Numbered from the stretch's first letter, positions 24,801 through 32,890 are shown. The stretch: 32,890 nt of DNA from Patescibacteria group bacterium (GCA_041671425.1 JBAZBO010000001.1:1-32890); one strand, 5' to 3'. Notes: generated by a model from the letters alone, not told the origin. Program-made: numbers and translations.

Positions 24801-25790
24801 TCACACCAAAGCCCAGATGTTGGGAAGTGGAACTTCCACACTGGTGTCATTCTTTTCGAACTTAACAACTATACTATCTTTACTAGCTTTTTCAATAAAT
24901 CCAACCCAACCAAAATGATCTTCGGAAAATACTACTACTCTGACACCTTTTTTCAATAGTTTCAGATTGGTCTTAACTGTGGAAGATCGTACCTCCGGAT
25001 CATCAAAAGCCTCCGGCATAGGAATCCTTAAAAGTCCTTCGATCCCTCTGACAAAAACATATCTATTGGAAACGTTCGTAAGGGTGCTAAACACATCCTT
25101 TGGAGTTGAAAGCTGCCCAAACCCGCTGAACAATCCCAAAAAGATATCTGCTTTCTTCGCAATGGAGAAAAGCTCTCTATCAGCACTTCCTGCCAATATA
25201 CCTGACACTTCAAGCTCAATAGCTTTCTCAAGCAAGTCCTCTTGAAAATAATCGCCTACATAAAGTATTTTCTTATAAACATTCTTGTGGTATTTCTTCA
25301 AATACTGCATCTGCATTTCACTACTGGGATTTGGGAACACCACCAACTCACCTTCAACTGAATTTTCCGTACTTGCGAGCATATGGATGTTGGTTGTATG
25401 AGTCTTGATCAGAGCAGAAAGGTTCTCTGCTACATCCACGACCTCACCCCAAACGCCGGATAACAGCACAAAGGTCTCCTTCTGTGAGACCAATACAAAT
25501 GCATCTCCCTGTTTCTCCAACACTCCATTGAAAGGCGCATCCACACTCTTTCCCCTAAATCTTCCTATGGTCTCACCTCTAGCAAAGGTCTTTCCTGGAA
25601 AGAGCTGCGCAGAAAACAAGGGGTCAACCAAAAAATTGTTAAGCGCATATTTTGAACTGCCTATCTCGGTAAATGCCTCAACAATATCGCCAGCTTTAAC
25701 CCGGAGGCTGCCCTCGTTTGGCAGAGATCTTTCTACCAAAACGTCGTTGGCATGGATGATCTTTTTATAAATAGGCACGTAGTCACTCAT
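24801..25790 (-). CDS. Hypothetical cytoplasmic protein (329 aa), no family recognised
   Basis: Long ORF translationally coupled on both sides. By eye, N-terminal lipoyl/barrel-sandwich-like strings (LRVKAGDIVEAF, DAPFNGVLEKQGD) and a C-terminal SH3/KOW-like segment. No TM helix or signal peptide. Confidence 0.65.
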   Translation of the reverse strand: MSDYVPIYKKIIHANDVLVERSLPNEGSLRVKAGDIVEAFTEIGSSKYALNNFLVDPLFSAQLFPGKTFARGETIGRFRGKSVDAPFNGVLEKQGDAFVLVSQKETFVLLSGVWGEVVDVAENLSALIKTHTTNIHMLASTENSVEGELVVFPNPSSEMQMQYLKKYHKNVYKKILYVGDYFQEDLLEKAIELEVSGILAGSADRELFSIAKKADIFLGLFSGFGQLSTPKDVFSTLTNVSNRYVFVRGIEGLLRIPMPEAFDDPEVRSSTVKTNLKLLKKGVRVVVFSEDHFGWVGFIEKASKDSIVVKFEKNDTSVEVPLPNIWALV

Positions 25791-26791
25791 AGTACCGCCA
25801 ATGCCTCCCCTATCTGCCTTTCTATATTCTCATAGGAAATAATATTCTCTTCTTCAATACCAGGATCATTTGAATCAATAGACCTTGTATCCACAACAAA
25901 ACCCAACTTACCTCCCCCCACAGTACCTTCGTACTGACCAAGCGATGAAGACTTAACACTTATATGGGCCTTGGAACCTCCCTCCAGCGGCACAAAGAAT
26001 AGATTATTCCTTGGTACCTCAAAGAACTGGGAAGTCCCGGAATCAGTGCTGAACAAGCATTCCACAGCGCTGTCTACTCTTACTACAGTACCTAGTATTG
26101 TGGGTATCACGTCAGGCGACAATAAAGACTCGTATACCTCAGGTCGGTACTTCTTCAACATCAGGGAGGGTAGATACGAACCATTCATATCCACAAGGAC
26201 ACTGAAAACCCCAGGTGTTCTTATATGAGTCAGTAGGGATTGGAACATATCTGTATCTTTCACATATTCACTTGAGAACCTATCCCCACAAAAAAGGATT
26301 GGAAGTTTTGGATCAAGCTCATATGCCTTATCAAGAGAACCGAATCTTACAAAGTCGTGATACATCTTGAATTTGGCCTTTTCCACGATCATATTGGGAA
26401 CTAGTGCCAGATTGGCCAGAAACGCTAATATATCTTCTTTGCTCATTCTCGATGGGGTTATAGAGGTCGTGGAATTCACATACATCACATTGAAATCAAG
26501 GAGATCAGCTAATAGTGCAGAGGCGGGAGTGCTAACCTTGATGTCCAAATCTAGTTCTACTGGCTCAAGGTCGCTACATATAAGAATGTCACAATCCTGG
26601 ACCGAGAGTCCAAGTTTCTTTATCGCATACCTAAAAACGTCAGTATAGAAAGTCTTCCTATCCGTAAAATGGACCTGCAGAACAGGGTTATATAAAAAAG
26701 GAAACCTGAATATCTCATAACCCTTTTTGGGAAGTCCCGGCGCCAAAAAAGTGACCTGTTTTGATCCTATGTGGGCAGACAACACAGACAT
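25787..26791 (-). CDS. Hypothetical cytoplasmic protein (334 aa), no family recognised
   Basis: Long ORF with a 4-nt ATGA overlap onto the next gene. The N-terminal AHIGSKQVTF faintly resembles an ASKHA phosphate-1 motif, which is speculative. Confidence 0.65.
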   Translation of the reverse strand: MSVLSAHIGSKQVTFLAPGLPKKGYEIFRFPFLYNPVLQVHFTDRKTFYTDVFRYAIKKLGLSVQDCDILICSDLEPVELDLDIKVSTPASALLADLLDFNVMYVNSTTSITPSRMSKEDILAFLANLALVPNMIVEKAKFKMYHDFVRFGSLDKAYELDPKLPILFCGDRFSSEYVKDTDMFQSLLTHIRTPGVFSVLVDMNGSYLPSLMLKKYRPEVYESLLSPDVIPTILGTVVRVDSAVECLFSTDSGTSQFFEVPRNNLFFVPLEGGSKAHISVKSSSLGQYEGTVGGGKLGFVVDTRSIDSNDPGIEEENIISYENIERQIGEALAVL

Positions 26792-26797
26792 GCAAAT

Positions 26798-26806
26798 ATG
26801 ATATCA
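26798..26806 (-). promoter_or_regulatory. Extended -10 TGATATCAT, 6 nt before the ORF334 ATG, overlapping the rpsR stop codon
   Basis: Minus strand reads CTG-TGA-TATCAT-ATTTGC-ATG. Same 12-mer as upstream of the MBL hydrolase. Confidence 0.4.
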
Positions 26807-27061
26807 CAGAGCGTGTTGGTCCGTATAAGGAAGAAGCGCCATGAATCTGGCCTTCTTTATCTCATTTGTCAGCTTCCTCTGGTTGGAGGCTGTAAGCCCT
26901 GTAAAGTTCTTGTGAAGGATCTTTCCCCTGTCGGTGATGAACCTTCTAAGGATAAGTACATCCTTATAGTTAGGCTTGGTATTGGTCTGAGAGAAATAGC
27001 ACTTATTAGATATCTTCTTCTGACCAAGACCTTTTTTTACCTTCCTTACAAATTTAGCCAT
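26804..27061 (-). CDS. rpsR: 30S ribosomal protein S18
   Basis: YKDVLILRRFITDRGKILHKNFTGLTASNQRKLTNEIKKARFMALLPY. GAGGA Shine-Dalgarno upstream. Confidence 0.95.
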   Translation of the reverse strand: MAKFVRKVKKGLGQKKISNKCYFSQTNTKPNYKDVLILRRFITDRGKILHKNFTGLTASNQRKLTNEIKKARFMALLPYTDQHAL

Positions 27062-27064
27062 ATA

Positions 27065-27544
27065 TTATTCCTCTGGTGTCTCCGCAGCATCAAAGCTGGT
27101 ATCGGACAAAATATCATCTAGGTCTATTTCAGCCTCAGTGTTAGAGCTTGCCTTGTCGTGAGTAGGAGCTTCACCTGAAGCAGCTGGCTCGGCAGAGGAA
27201 TCTCCAAACTTACCGGATGAAAGGACTATCATCTCATCTATTACTACTTCGGTCTTGTATCTTTTCTCACCCGTATCGTTGGTCCAATCCCTAGTTTGAA
27301 GTCTTCCCTCAACATAGACCTTGGTACCCTTGCCCAAAAGCTGGGCGCACAACTCACCTAGTTTGTTCCAGGCCACCACATTGTGGAAATCAGCGGCTTC
27401 TTTCTTCTGACCATCTGAAACCCATTCTCTATTAGTAGCAACACCAAAACTGGCTACAGCGGTACCCTGCGGGGTATATCTAAGCTCGGGGTCCCTTGTA
27501 AGATTTCCTACCAATATTACTTTGTTAACGCTTCTTGATGACAT
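27065..27544 (-). CDS. ssb: Single-stranded DNA-binding protein
   Basis: OB-fold N-terminus VNKVILVGNLTRDPELRYTPQGTAVASFGVATN, with a Gly/Ser/acidic tail (DLDDIL motif 15 aa from the end). AAGGAG Shine-Dalgarno upstream. Confidence 0.93.
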   Translation of the reverse strand: MSSRSVNKVILVGNLTRDPELRYTPQGTAVASFGVATNREWVSDGQKKEAADFHNVVAWNKLGELCAQLLGKGTKVYVEGRLQTRDWTNDTGEKRYKTEVVIDEMIVLSSGKFGDSSAEPAASGEAPTHDKASSNTEAEIDLDDILSDTSFDAAETPEE

Positions 27545-27567
27545 GTTAACTCCTTACCCAGCCGGAA

Positions 27568-27855
27568 TTACTCCAGTGCTGTAATTAAATACCTGACTAG
27601 ACCATCCGTAAGATTTAGCCTTGATTTCAGAGTTTCCAAATGTTTCTTATCCATCTCGAACTCAAAGACATCATAGTATCCTTCGGTATCATGTTTTATT
27701 TCGTAGGCAAAGCCTCTTTTACCCCAAGGCTTTATCTCACCCAATTTGCCTTCGAAAGATTCTATATGGGTCTGTACTGTACCAAGCACTTTCTTGGCTC
27801 CAGCTTCGCCTAAAGAGATCTTTGATATTGTCATTATTTCGTATTTTCTATTCAT
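27568..27855 (-). CDS. rpsF: 30S ribosomal protein S6
   Basis: YEIMTI...WGKRGFAYEIKHDTEGYYDVFEFE. Canonical rpsF-ssb-rpsR order. Confidence 0.93.
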   Translation of the reverse strand: MNRKYEIMTISKISLGEAGAKKVLGTVQTHIESFEGKLGEIKPWGKRGFAYEIKHDTEGYYDVFEFEMDKKHLETLKSRLNLTDGLVRYLITALE

Positions 27856-27872
27856 AGCTTTTAGACGGGGGC

Positions 27873-27901
27873 ATTATACTAACAGGTTTATCTCTTGTCC
27901 A
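27873..27901 (-). promoter_or_regulatory. Sigma-70-type promoter of the rpsF operon (TGGACA-17 nt-TATAAT)
   Basis: Minus strand reads TGGACA AGAGATAAACCTGTTAG TATAAT, with 17 nt from the -10 to the ATG. Confidence 0.55.
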
Positions 27902-27928
27902 CTAGTATCGCTCCAGTAAAAATAGATA

Positions 27929-29014
27929 TTACACACTGAATCTGAATTCTACTACATCACCATCATTCATAAAATACTCCTTGCCTTCTGTCCTTATCAA
28001 ACCCAGTTCCTTGGCACCTCTCCAGCTGCCCGCCTTGACCAGATCATCATAGGAAACTACCTCAGCACATATAAAACCCCTTTCAAAATCAGTGTGGATG
28101 GTTCCAGCTGCTTGAGGTGCTTTATCACCTATTCTAATAGTCCAAGCTCGGACTTCCTTAGGACCGGCAGTGAAGAAGGTTTGCAAATTGAGTAATTTAT
28201 ATCCTCTTTTTATCACTTTATCCAGTCCGCTGTAGTGTATTCCCAGCTCTTCCATATATGCCTGAGCATCAGTATCAGAAAGTGAGGCCAACTCTGACTC
28301 AAGTTGTGCACATAGGTATACAACATCTGTACCCATTTCCTTATTTTCTGGCTTGGAGACAAACTCCTCCGACACGTTATAAACCTGAATGAAAGGCTTG
28401 GAAGTAAGCAGATTCAGATCTTTTGCATGAATATGTTCCTTCTCCGTGAGCTGAACAGAAGATGCAAGCTCTCCCCTGTCCAAGGCAACCAGGATCTTTT
28501 CACATACGGCTAGTTTTTCAAAACTTAGCTTGTCTCCACTTTTGGAATTTCTTTGTTCCGTCTCGATCTTTTTGTTCAAGACCTGCAAGTCAGCTAGGAT
28601 CAATTCCATGTTGATCACTTTGATATCATTCTCAGGGTCTGTAGAGCCCGCTCGGGCTACATTTGGATCTTCAAATGCTCTGACAACATGAATTATGGCG
28701 TCCACCTCTCTGATGTGGCTTAGAAACTTATTACCTAAGCCTTCTCCCTCAGAAGCGCCCTTGACAAGCCCTGCAATATCAACAAAATTCACTACCGCGG
28801 GCATTATCCTCTTGGGTGGGGTCTTGTATTCTTTTTCTACTATCTCATAAAGCTTTTGCAGCCTCTCATCCGGAACATCCACCACGCCTACATTTGGCTC
28901 AATAGTAGCAAAGGGGTAGTTGGCTGCCAAAGCAGCCTGCTTTTTGAGAAGAGCGTTAAAAAGGGTGGACTTACCTACATTTGGAAGTCCTATGATCCCG
29001 ATAGAAAGTCCCAT
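27929..29014 (-). CDS. ychF: Ribosome-binding ATPase YchF (Obg-like)
   Basis: [39 protein letters not shown]-terminal TGS-like [14 protein letters not shown]. Confidence 0.95.
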   Translation of the reverse strand: MGLSIGIIGLPNVGKSTLFNALLKKQAALAANYPFATIEPNVGVVDVPDERLQKLYEIVEKEYKTPPKRIMPAVVNFVDIAGLVKGASEGEGLGNKFLSHIREVDAIIHVVRAFEDPNVARAGSTDPENDIKVINMELILADLQVLNKKIETEQRNSKSGDKLSFEKLAVCEKILVALDRGELASSVQLTEKEHIHAKDLNLLTSKPFIQVYNVSEEFVSKPENKEMGTDVVYLCAQLESELASLSDTDAQAYMEELGIHYSGLDKVIKRGYKLLNLQTFFTAGPKEVRAWTIRIGDKAPQAAGTIHTDFERGFICAEVVSYDDLVKAGSWRGAKELGLIRTEGKEYFMNDGDVVEFRFSV

Positions 29015-29021
29015 GGTGGGT

Positions 29022-29027
29022 ATTCTA
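29022..29027 (-). promoter_or_regulatory. -10-like TAGAAT, 7 nt before the ychF ATG
   Basis: Minus strand reads CAACGTAGAAT-ACCCACC-ATG, no Shine-Dalgarno. Confidence 0.4.
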
Positions 29028-29059
29028 CGTTGATTTGGAAATAAAATAAACTGTCTACT

Positions 29060-29121
29060 AAAAGGAGCCCCAGCGTTTTCGTTTCCACACAGTGGTTTCG
29101 ACGCTGGGGTGCGATAGCTCC
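29060..29121 (-). terminator. Compound GC-rich stem-loop with T-tract downstream of the orphan ORF
   Basis: Minus strand reads GGAGC-tatcgcac-CCCAGCGT-(24 nt)-ACGCTGGG-GCTCC-TTTT. The 3' arm is a contiguous 13 nt. Confidence 0.55.
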
Positions 29122-29146
29122 TTTGTACAAAAACAGACCAAACGGA

Positions 29147-30532
29147 TTAGGAGGTCACGCTACCATTTTCTGCACGCACAACGCGCATAGTAGCCATAAT
29201 CTCCGCTTCCCGACGCTTACTGACATCTTCCTCTTTCTGTCTAACAGAGCTTCGCTGTTGATATTCCAGAATGGAATCCTGCAGTACTACAGACAACTCC
29301 GGGTAGCCATCCTTCAAGATATCAAGGAGCATTTCTGCCCCACAACATGTATCCTGATTGTACACACCGCGGTGGCTCTCAGGGAGTCTTGCCATCGCAA
29401 CAGCGAAATCGACCAGGATTTCAGCCTCCCCCGCACTCTGTATCAGGGAGAGGATTGTGGGCACATGCCATGGCATGATGACATGGCTTCTTCCTTCCAT
29501 ATCATGGGGCATGTACCTCACGAATGCTGCTATTTGCTGGGAGAACAGCTTGGCGCTGTACTTCAAGCCTTCTCCAAAAAGTTGACTTTGTACAAAGTCA
29601 GCATAACGCCAGAGCGCTGCTTCGTGTTCCATCCTCGGAACTGACTGCCCAGAAGCTTCACGCTCAATGATCGAGCACATGCGCTCATGAGCAACCCACT
29701 TCCATTTCTCAGGTGCATCAGAAAGCAACAGATATCTGAGCGGGTTGTACCCAGACGCCTCGTCCATAGACCACCAAGAGGTCGGATCATTCAGCGAGAA
29801 CAAGCTGAACAACCTCTCGGCCACGTCATCATGCAAGAATTGTAGAAGATCCACAACGAGATAGTTGTAGCCCTTCAAAAGGCTATAGTTCTTCTCAGGA
29901 TCCCTTCTTCCCAGGACGTGCTTGTAGAAAATCTCCACCAACTCTGCGAGAAAAGCGTAAAGATCCTCGGTCAAAAATGTGTGTTTGACACCCAGGTCCC
30001 CACTGAACCCAGTGTGCCCACTATACTGACCGAGAATGCGGTCTCCACCCCAGTAGAAGGGGATAGAACGTCTCTCCGGAGTCAGCAGAATAAGTAGGGC
30101 TCTCGCCTTAAAAGCTGCGTGGATTTCCGGATCCTCAATCAGCCCTTTCAAGTCCCTGAACTCACGATCCTTGAAGTTCACCCATTCTTTCCAAGCCCTC
30201 TCTGTCTCTGAGCAAAAGAACGAGCTCTTCCACCTCCGAACAAGCCGCCTCACTTCTCTGGTTACCATTTCCATACCTCCCATACTACTCATCCTGACTT
30301 CATCATCCAGGGTATACCGCCTCGCCCTTCCTGCCCGCCAACCCGCCTTCTTTCGAATAAGGCTGGAGAGTAGGACCATCTCACCGGGATCGGGGTCAGA
30401 ACCACCTTCCCACACATCTTCTGCGAGGGAAAATGTTATCGAACCCTCAACACCCTGTGCGGTTGTAACTGCATAAGGTCCATGTTCACCATTTAAGACC
30501 CTCTGCACAACCGCCACAATTCCTCCCGACAT
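29147..30532 (-). CDS. Orphan protein (461 aa) in a compositionally atypical segment, no family recognised
   Basis: Uninterrupted long ORF. ATG at 30532 is preceded by GAGGAGG with a 5-nt spacer; the listed TTG at 30553 is less likely. 12 Trp, Arg/His-rich, and uses CGG Arg codons. Small beta-rich N-terminal segment followed by an apparently helical body. Confidence 0.75.
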   Translation of the reverse strand: MSGGIVAVVQRVLNGEHGPYAVTTAQGVEGSITFSLAEDVWEGGSDPDPGEMVLLSSLIRKKAGWRAGRARRYTLDDEVRMSSMGGMEMVTREVRRLVRRWKSSFFCSETERAWKEWVNFKDREFRDLKGLIEDPEIHAAFKARALLILLTPERRSIPFYWGGDRILGQYSGHTGFSGDLGVKHTFLTEDLYAFLAELVEIFYKHVLGRRDPEKNYSLLKGYNYLVVDLLQFLHDDVAERLFSLFSLNDPTSWWSMDEASGYNPLRYLLLSDAPEKWKWVAHERMCSIIEREASGQSVPRMEHEAALWRYADFVQSQLFGEGLKYSAKLFSQQIAAFVRYMPHDMEGRSHVIMPWHVPTILSLIQSAGEAEILVDFAVAMARLPESHRGVYNQDTCCGAEMLLDILKDGYPELSVVLQDSILEYQQRSSVRQKEEDVSKRREAEIMATMRVVRAENGSVTS

Positions 30533-30657
30533 CTGCACCTCCTCTATTTTCAATGTACATCAAGCTATCGCTGACGCACATATTACAACTTATTCTGGAA
30601 GGAATCAATATTATAGGTCTTGTAGAATACGGGCTTTACATTTTGAAGCTCAAGGAG

Positions 30658-32622
30658 CTAAATAAGAAGCGGAGCCACCAAAAGCGCACTCATACCAACT
30701 AGCTTCATAAAGATAAGGAGTGAAGGTCCTGCTACATCCTTCATGGGATCCCCTACTGTGTCCCCGATAACCGCAGCTTCATGCTGTGGGGTGCCCTTCA
30801 AACCTTTGGTTGATGCGATAAGCTTCTTGGTATTATCAAAGGCTGTACCGGTGTTGTTGAAGAAAGGTCCTAACAAAGCAGCCGACACTACCGACCCTAT
30901 CAAAAGAGGACCTAAAGCCTCTGCTCCAAACGCAAATCCCACTAAGATTGGTACAAGGATTGAAATAAGCCCCGGTAAGATCATGCCTTTGAGGGCATTC
31001 TTGGTCGTAATGTCTATGCACTGGGCATAATCAGCCTTAGCTTTACCCTGCAAAAGACCCTTGATCTCCCTAAACTGCCTTCTGATCTCATCTACCATCA
31101 AGAAAGCTCCTTTAGCAGTAGCCTCCATAGTCAAAGAGGCAATAAGGTAAGGTAAGGAAACACCCAACAACAGGAAACCGAGCGAAGTGGGATCAGTGAC
31201 ATTAAGGGTATCTATACCTGTGATAGTGAAAAAAGTTGAGAAAATAACAAAGGCTGTTATCGTACCTGAGGACATTGCGTAGGCCTTGGTAATGGCTTTC
31301 ATGGTATTCCCTACTGAATCCAGAGAGGAAAGACCATCTACTAACTCCTCTGATGCGCCTGACATCTCGACAATTCCTGAGGCATTATCTATCACGGGAC
31401 CAAAGGCATCAGCAGTCATGATGTAGGCTATTAGAAGATCTGTGCCTATATTCACCCCGATAACTGCCAATATTGAGCCACCGGATAACGTATAGGCAAG
31501 GATCGTTGAGGCAACTATCGCTATTACAGGAACTATCGGACTTCTCAAGCCATATCCCAACCCGACAATAATGTTTATGGCGGGTCCCCTCTTAGCAGCC
31601 TCCGCCATATTGGCAACGGGCTTTCCTTCCATTCCAGCAAAATATCTGGTCGAAAAAGCAGCAACCAGAGTCACTACTACACCCAAAAGTACCCCGATCC
31701 AGACGCTCAGGTCAGGCAACAGCATCTTGGTCAGAATAAAGGAACTGGACAATCCCAAGGCAGAAGCAATCCAAAGACCATAATTGAATGACGCATTAGG
31801 ACTTTTTGTCTCACTTATCTTCCTGGTCAAGGCTATTGCTATCAAAGAGGCCATGATACCGCAACATTGCAAAAGGATGGGATAGAAAACAACATTCGGA
31901 CCGTACTTGAAAAGCAAAGCCGATGCCACAAGGGTACCGGTCACTATATCATCACTAAAAGTCTGAAAGAGATCTGAGCCTCTACCAGCACAATCACCAA
32001 CGTTATCTCCCACCAAATCCGCTATCACCGCAGGGTTTCTAGGGTCATCTTCAGGCAAACCTTCTTCTACCTTCCCAGCGAGATCGGCTCCAACATCTGC
32101 AGACTTGGTGTAAATCCCCCCTCCAATCTGTGCAAAAAGAGCTGCTAAACTAGCTCCAAATCCAAATCCCACCAAGACCTCATAATCTTTGAAGACAAGG
32201 TAAAGGATGCTTAGAACAAAAAGGGAAAGCCCGGTGATAGCAAGCCCTGTAATGGAGCCACTAAGGACTGCAAGTCTGAAGGCACGACCTGTTGACTTTG
32301 AGGCCGAATTTGTCACCCTGGAGTTGGCGAAAGTTGCGGCGAACATACCTATAAAAGAGCCAAGTAAAGATACAAATACCCCAAGGACAGAGACAAAGGC
32401 CACTCTCCAATCAAAAAGAAATAACAGTGCTAAAAAAAGGAAAGGAGTTACCAGAGAAATAGATTTAAGCTGTCTGAGAAGATATGACTTCGCACCAACA
32501 GCAATATACCCTGCCACTTCTCCCATCTTACCGCCAGGTCTGGGTTCTTTCCTTATCTTTAAAAGAAAACTAAGTGCAAAAAATATAACTGTTAGACCTG
32601 TCAATAATGATATGTAGAACAT
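30658..32622 (-). CDS. hppA: Membrane-bound proton-translocating pyrophosphatase (K+-independent type by motif)
   Basis: GGIYTKSADVGADLAGKVE, DDPRNPAVIADLVGDNVGDCAGRGSDLF, DSVGNTMKAITKAYAMSSG, IGDTVGDPMKD. ATG at 32622 is preferred because TGGTATTAT sits 8 nt upstream of it; the listed GTG at 32640 would lie upstream of that element. Confidence 0.92.
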   Translation of the reverse strand: MFYISLLTGLTVIFFALSFLLKIRKEPRPGGKMGEVAGYIAVGAKSYLLRQLKSISLVTPFLFLALLFLFDWRVAFVSVLGVFVSLLGSFIGMFAATFANSRVTNSASKSTGRAFRLAVLSGSITGLAITGLSLFVLSILYLVFKDYEVLVGFGFGASLAALFAQIGGGIYTKSADVGADLAGKVEEGLPEDDPRNPAVIADLVGDNVGDCAGRGSDLFQTFSDDIVTGTLVASALLFKYGPNVVFYPILLQCCGIMASLIAIALTRKISETKSPNASFNYGLWIASALGLSSSFILTKMLLPDLSVWIGVLLGVVVTLVAAFSTRYFAGMEGKPVANMAEAAKRGPAINIIVGLGYGLRSPIVPVIAIVASTILAYTLSGGSILAVIGVNIGTDLLIAYIMTADAFGPVIDNASGIVEMSGASEELVDGLSSLDSVGNTMKAITKAYAMSSGTITAFVIFSTFFTITGIDTLNVTDPTSLGFLLLGVSLPYLIASLTMEATAKGAFLMVDEIRRQFREIKGLLQGKAKADYAQCIDITTKNALKGMILPGLISILVPILVGFAFGAEALGPLLIGSVVSAALLGPFFNNTGTAFDNTKKLIASTKGLKGTPQHEAAVIGDTVGDPMKDVAGPSLLIFMKLVGMSALLVAPLLI

Positions 32623-32630
32623 AAGTACAG

Positions 32631-32639
32631 ATAATACCA
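32631..32639 (-). promoter_or_regulatory. Extended -10 TGGTATTAT, 8 nt before the hppA ATG
   Basis: Minus strand reads GATGTGGTATTAT-CTGTACTT-ATG. Shares TGTGGTATTATC with the yebC promoter. Confidence 0.4.
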
Positions 32640-32673
32640 CATCAAAATAACTCTTTAAATAACAAGGGAAAAC

Positions 32674-32890
32674 TTACTCCTCTTCCACACCAAAGATCTT
32701 CATAAGAACATCGATCACAAAAGAATCAAACCTCTCCACCAAGTGCCAGAACTGCTCAAACAAGTTGTCATTGTCCTGAGTGTCCTCTGCTCCCACCGTG
32801 CCAGTACTTTCAGCAGAAGAGCCAAGAACAGAACCCTCTTCGTAAAGACTTAGCTGTAACCTATTTGAGGAATCTCCCAAAACCTTTGTC
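32674..32890 (-). CDS. 3' end of an unidentified gene (acidic C-terminus); 5' end outside the window
   Basis: The frame stays open to the window edge (codons ACA AAG GTT precede the listed TTG). No motif recognised. Confidence 0.4.
   Translation of the reverse strand, partial: TKVLGDSSNRLQLSLYEEGSVLGSSAESTGTVGAEDTQDNDNLFEQFWHLVERFDSFVIDVLMKIFGVEEE

Noticed and set aside
29060-29121. The GC-rich compound hairpin as a tRNA fragment, att site or small RNA gene.
   Set aside because: It has no cloverleaf or T-loop motif. On the minus strand it is followed by TTTT directly after the orphan ORF's stop, so a terminator is the simplest reading.
29123-29644. 173-aa plus-strand ORF overlapping the 3' part of the orphan gene in the island.
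   Set aside because: The minus-strand ORF is nearly three times longer and uninterrupted, and it has a strong Shine-Dalgarno and a terminator. The plus-strand ORF has neither and looks like an antisense shadow. It cannot be excluded without expression data.
1-32890. Alternative genetic code (UGA recoded, as in some candidate phyla).
   Set aside because: TGA terminates xer, ctpA, ORF329 and rpsR exactly where homology ends. No well-supported gene needs in-frame TGA read-through.
1-32890. CRISPR arrays, rRNA genes, IS elements or transposases, prophage blocks.
   Set aside because: The only repeats seen are 9-14 bp in 2-3 copies. There is no repeat-spacer periodicity and no transposase or phage-structural motif. 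The only recombinase is Xer-like and sits among housekeeping genes.

Overview
The window reads as compact chromosomal core DNA from a small, streamlined bacterium. By gene content it may be Patescibacteria/CPR-like, but that is inference only. G+C is roughly 40-45% by hand counts, and the genetic code is standard, since TGA ends xer, ctpA, rpsR and ORF329. Genes I recognise: gyrB (partial), ppa, gyrA, rnhB, a Xer-type tyrosine recombinase, yebC, a TPR protein, a VirD4/TraD-like membrane P-loop ATPase with a Lys/Pro-rich partner, an LCP/LytR_C protein, an RluA-family pseudouridine synthase, two tandem stand-alone receiver domains, a truncated LspA-like ORF, an Lgt-like membrane protein fused to a DksA/TraR zinc finger, efp, tRNA-Leu(CAA), dnaB, an MBL-fold hydrolase, hisS, a frame-disrupted EamA transporter, rpmE, prfA, htrA, ctpA, two unknown translationally coupled ORFs, rpsR-ssb-rpsF, ychF, a compositionally deviant orphan ORF, and a membrane H+-pyrophosphatase. 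No CRISPR array, rRNA, transposase or prophage is visible. Items most worth a second look: (1) a ~1.6 kb higher-GC, Trp/Arg-rich single-gene island (29015-30657) between ychF and hppA; (2) a 28-bp dif-like 11-6-11 site, 271 bp from the xer start codon, inside an unusually long (609 bp) repeat- and hairpin-rich non-coding region; (3) a recurring TGnTATnAT element 5-8 nt before start codons, at 11 candidate starts (one an alternative TPR start), implying leaderless mRNAs; (4) the Lgt-like::DksA/TraR fusion next to a 5'-truncated LspA-like ORF and two orphan receiver domains; (5) two family-less ORFs coupled to the ctpA-htrA protease pair directly after rpsF-ssb-rpsR; (6) the VirD4-like ATPase module.
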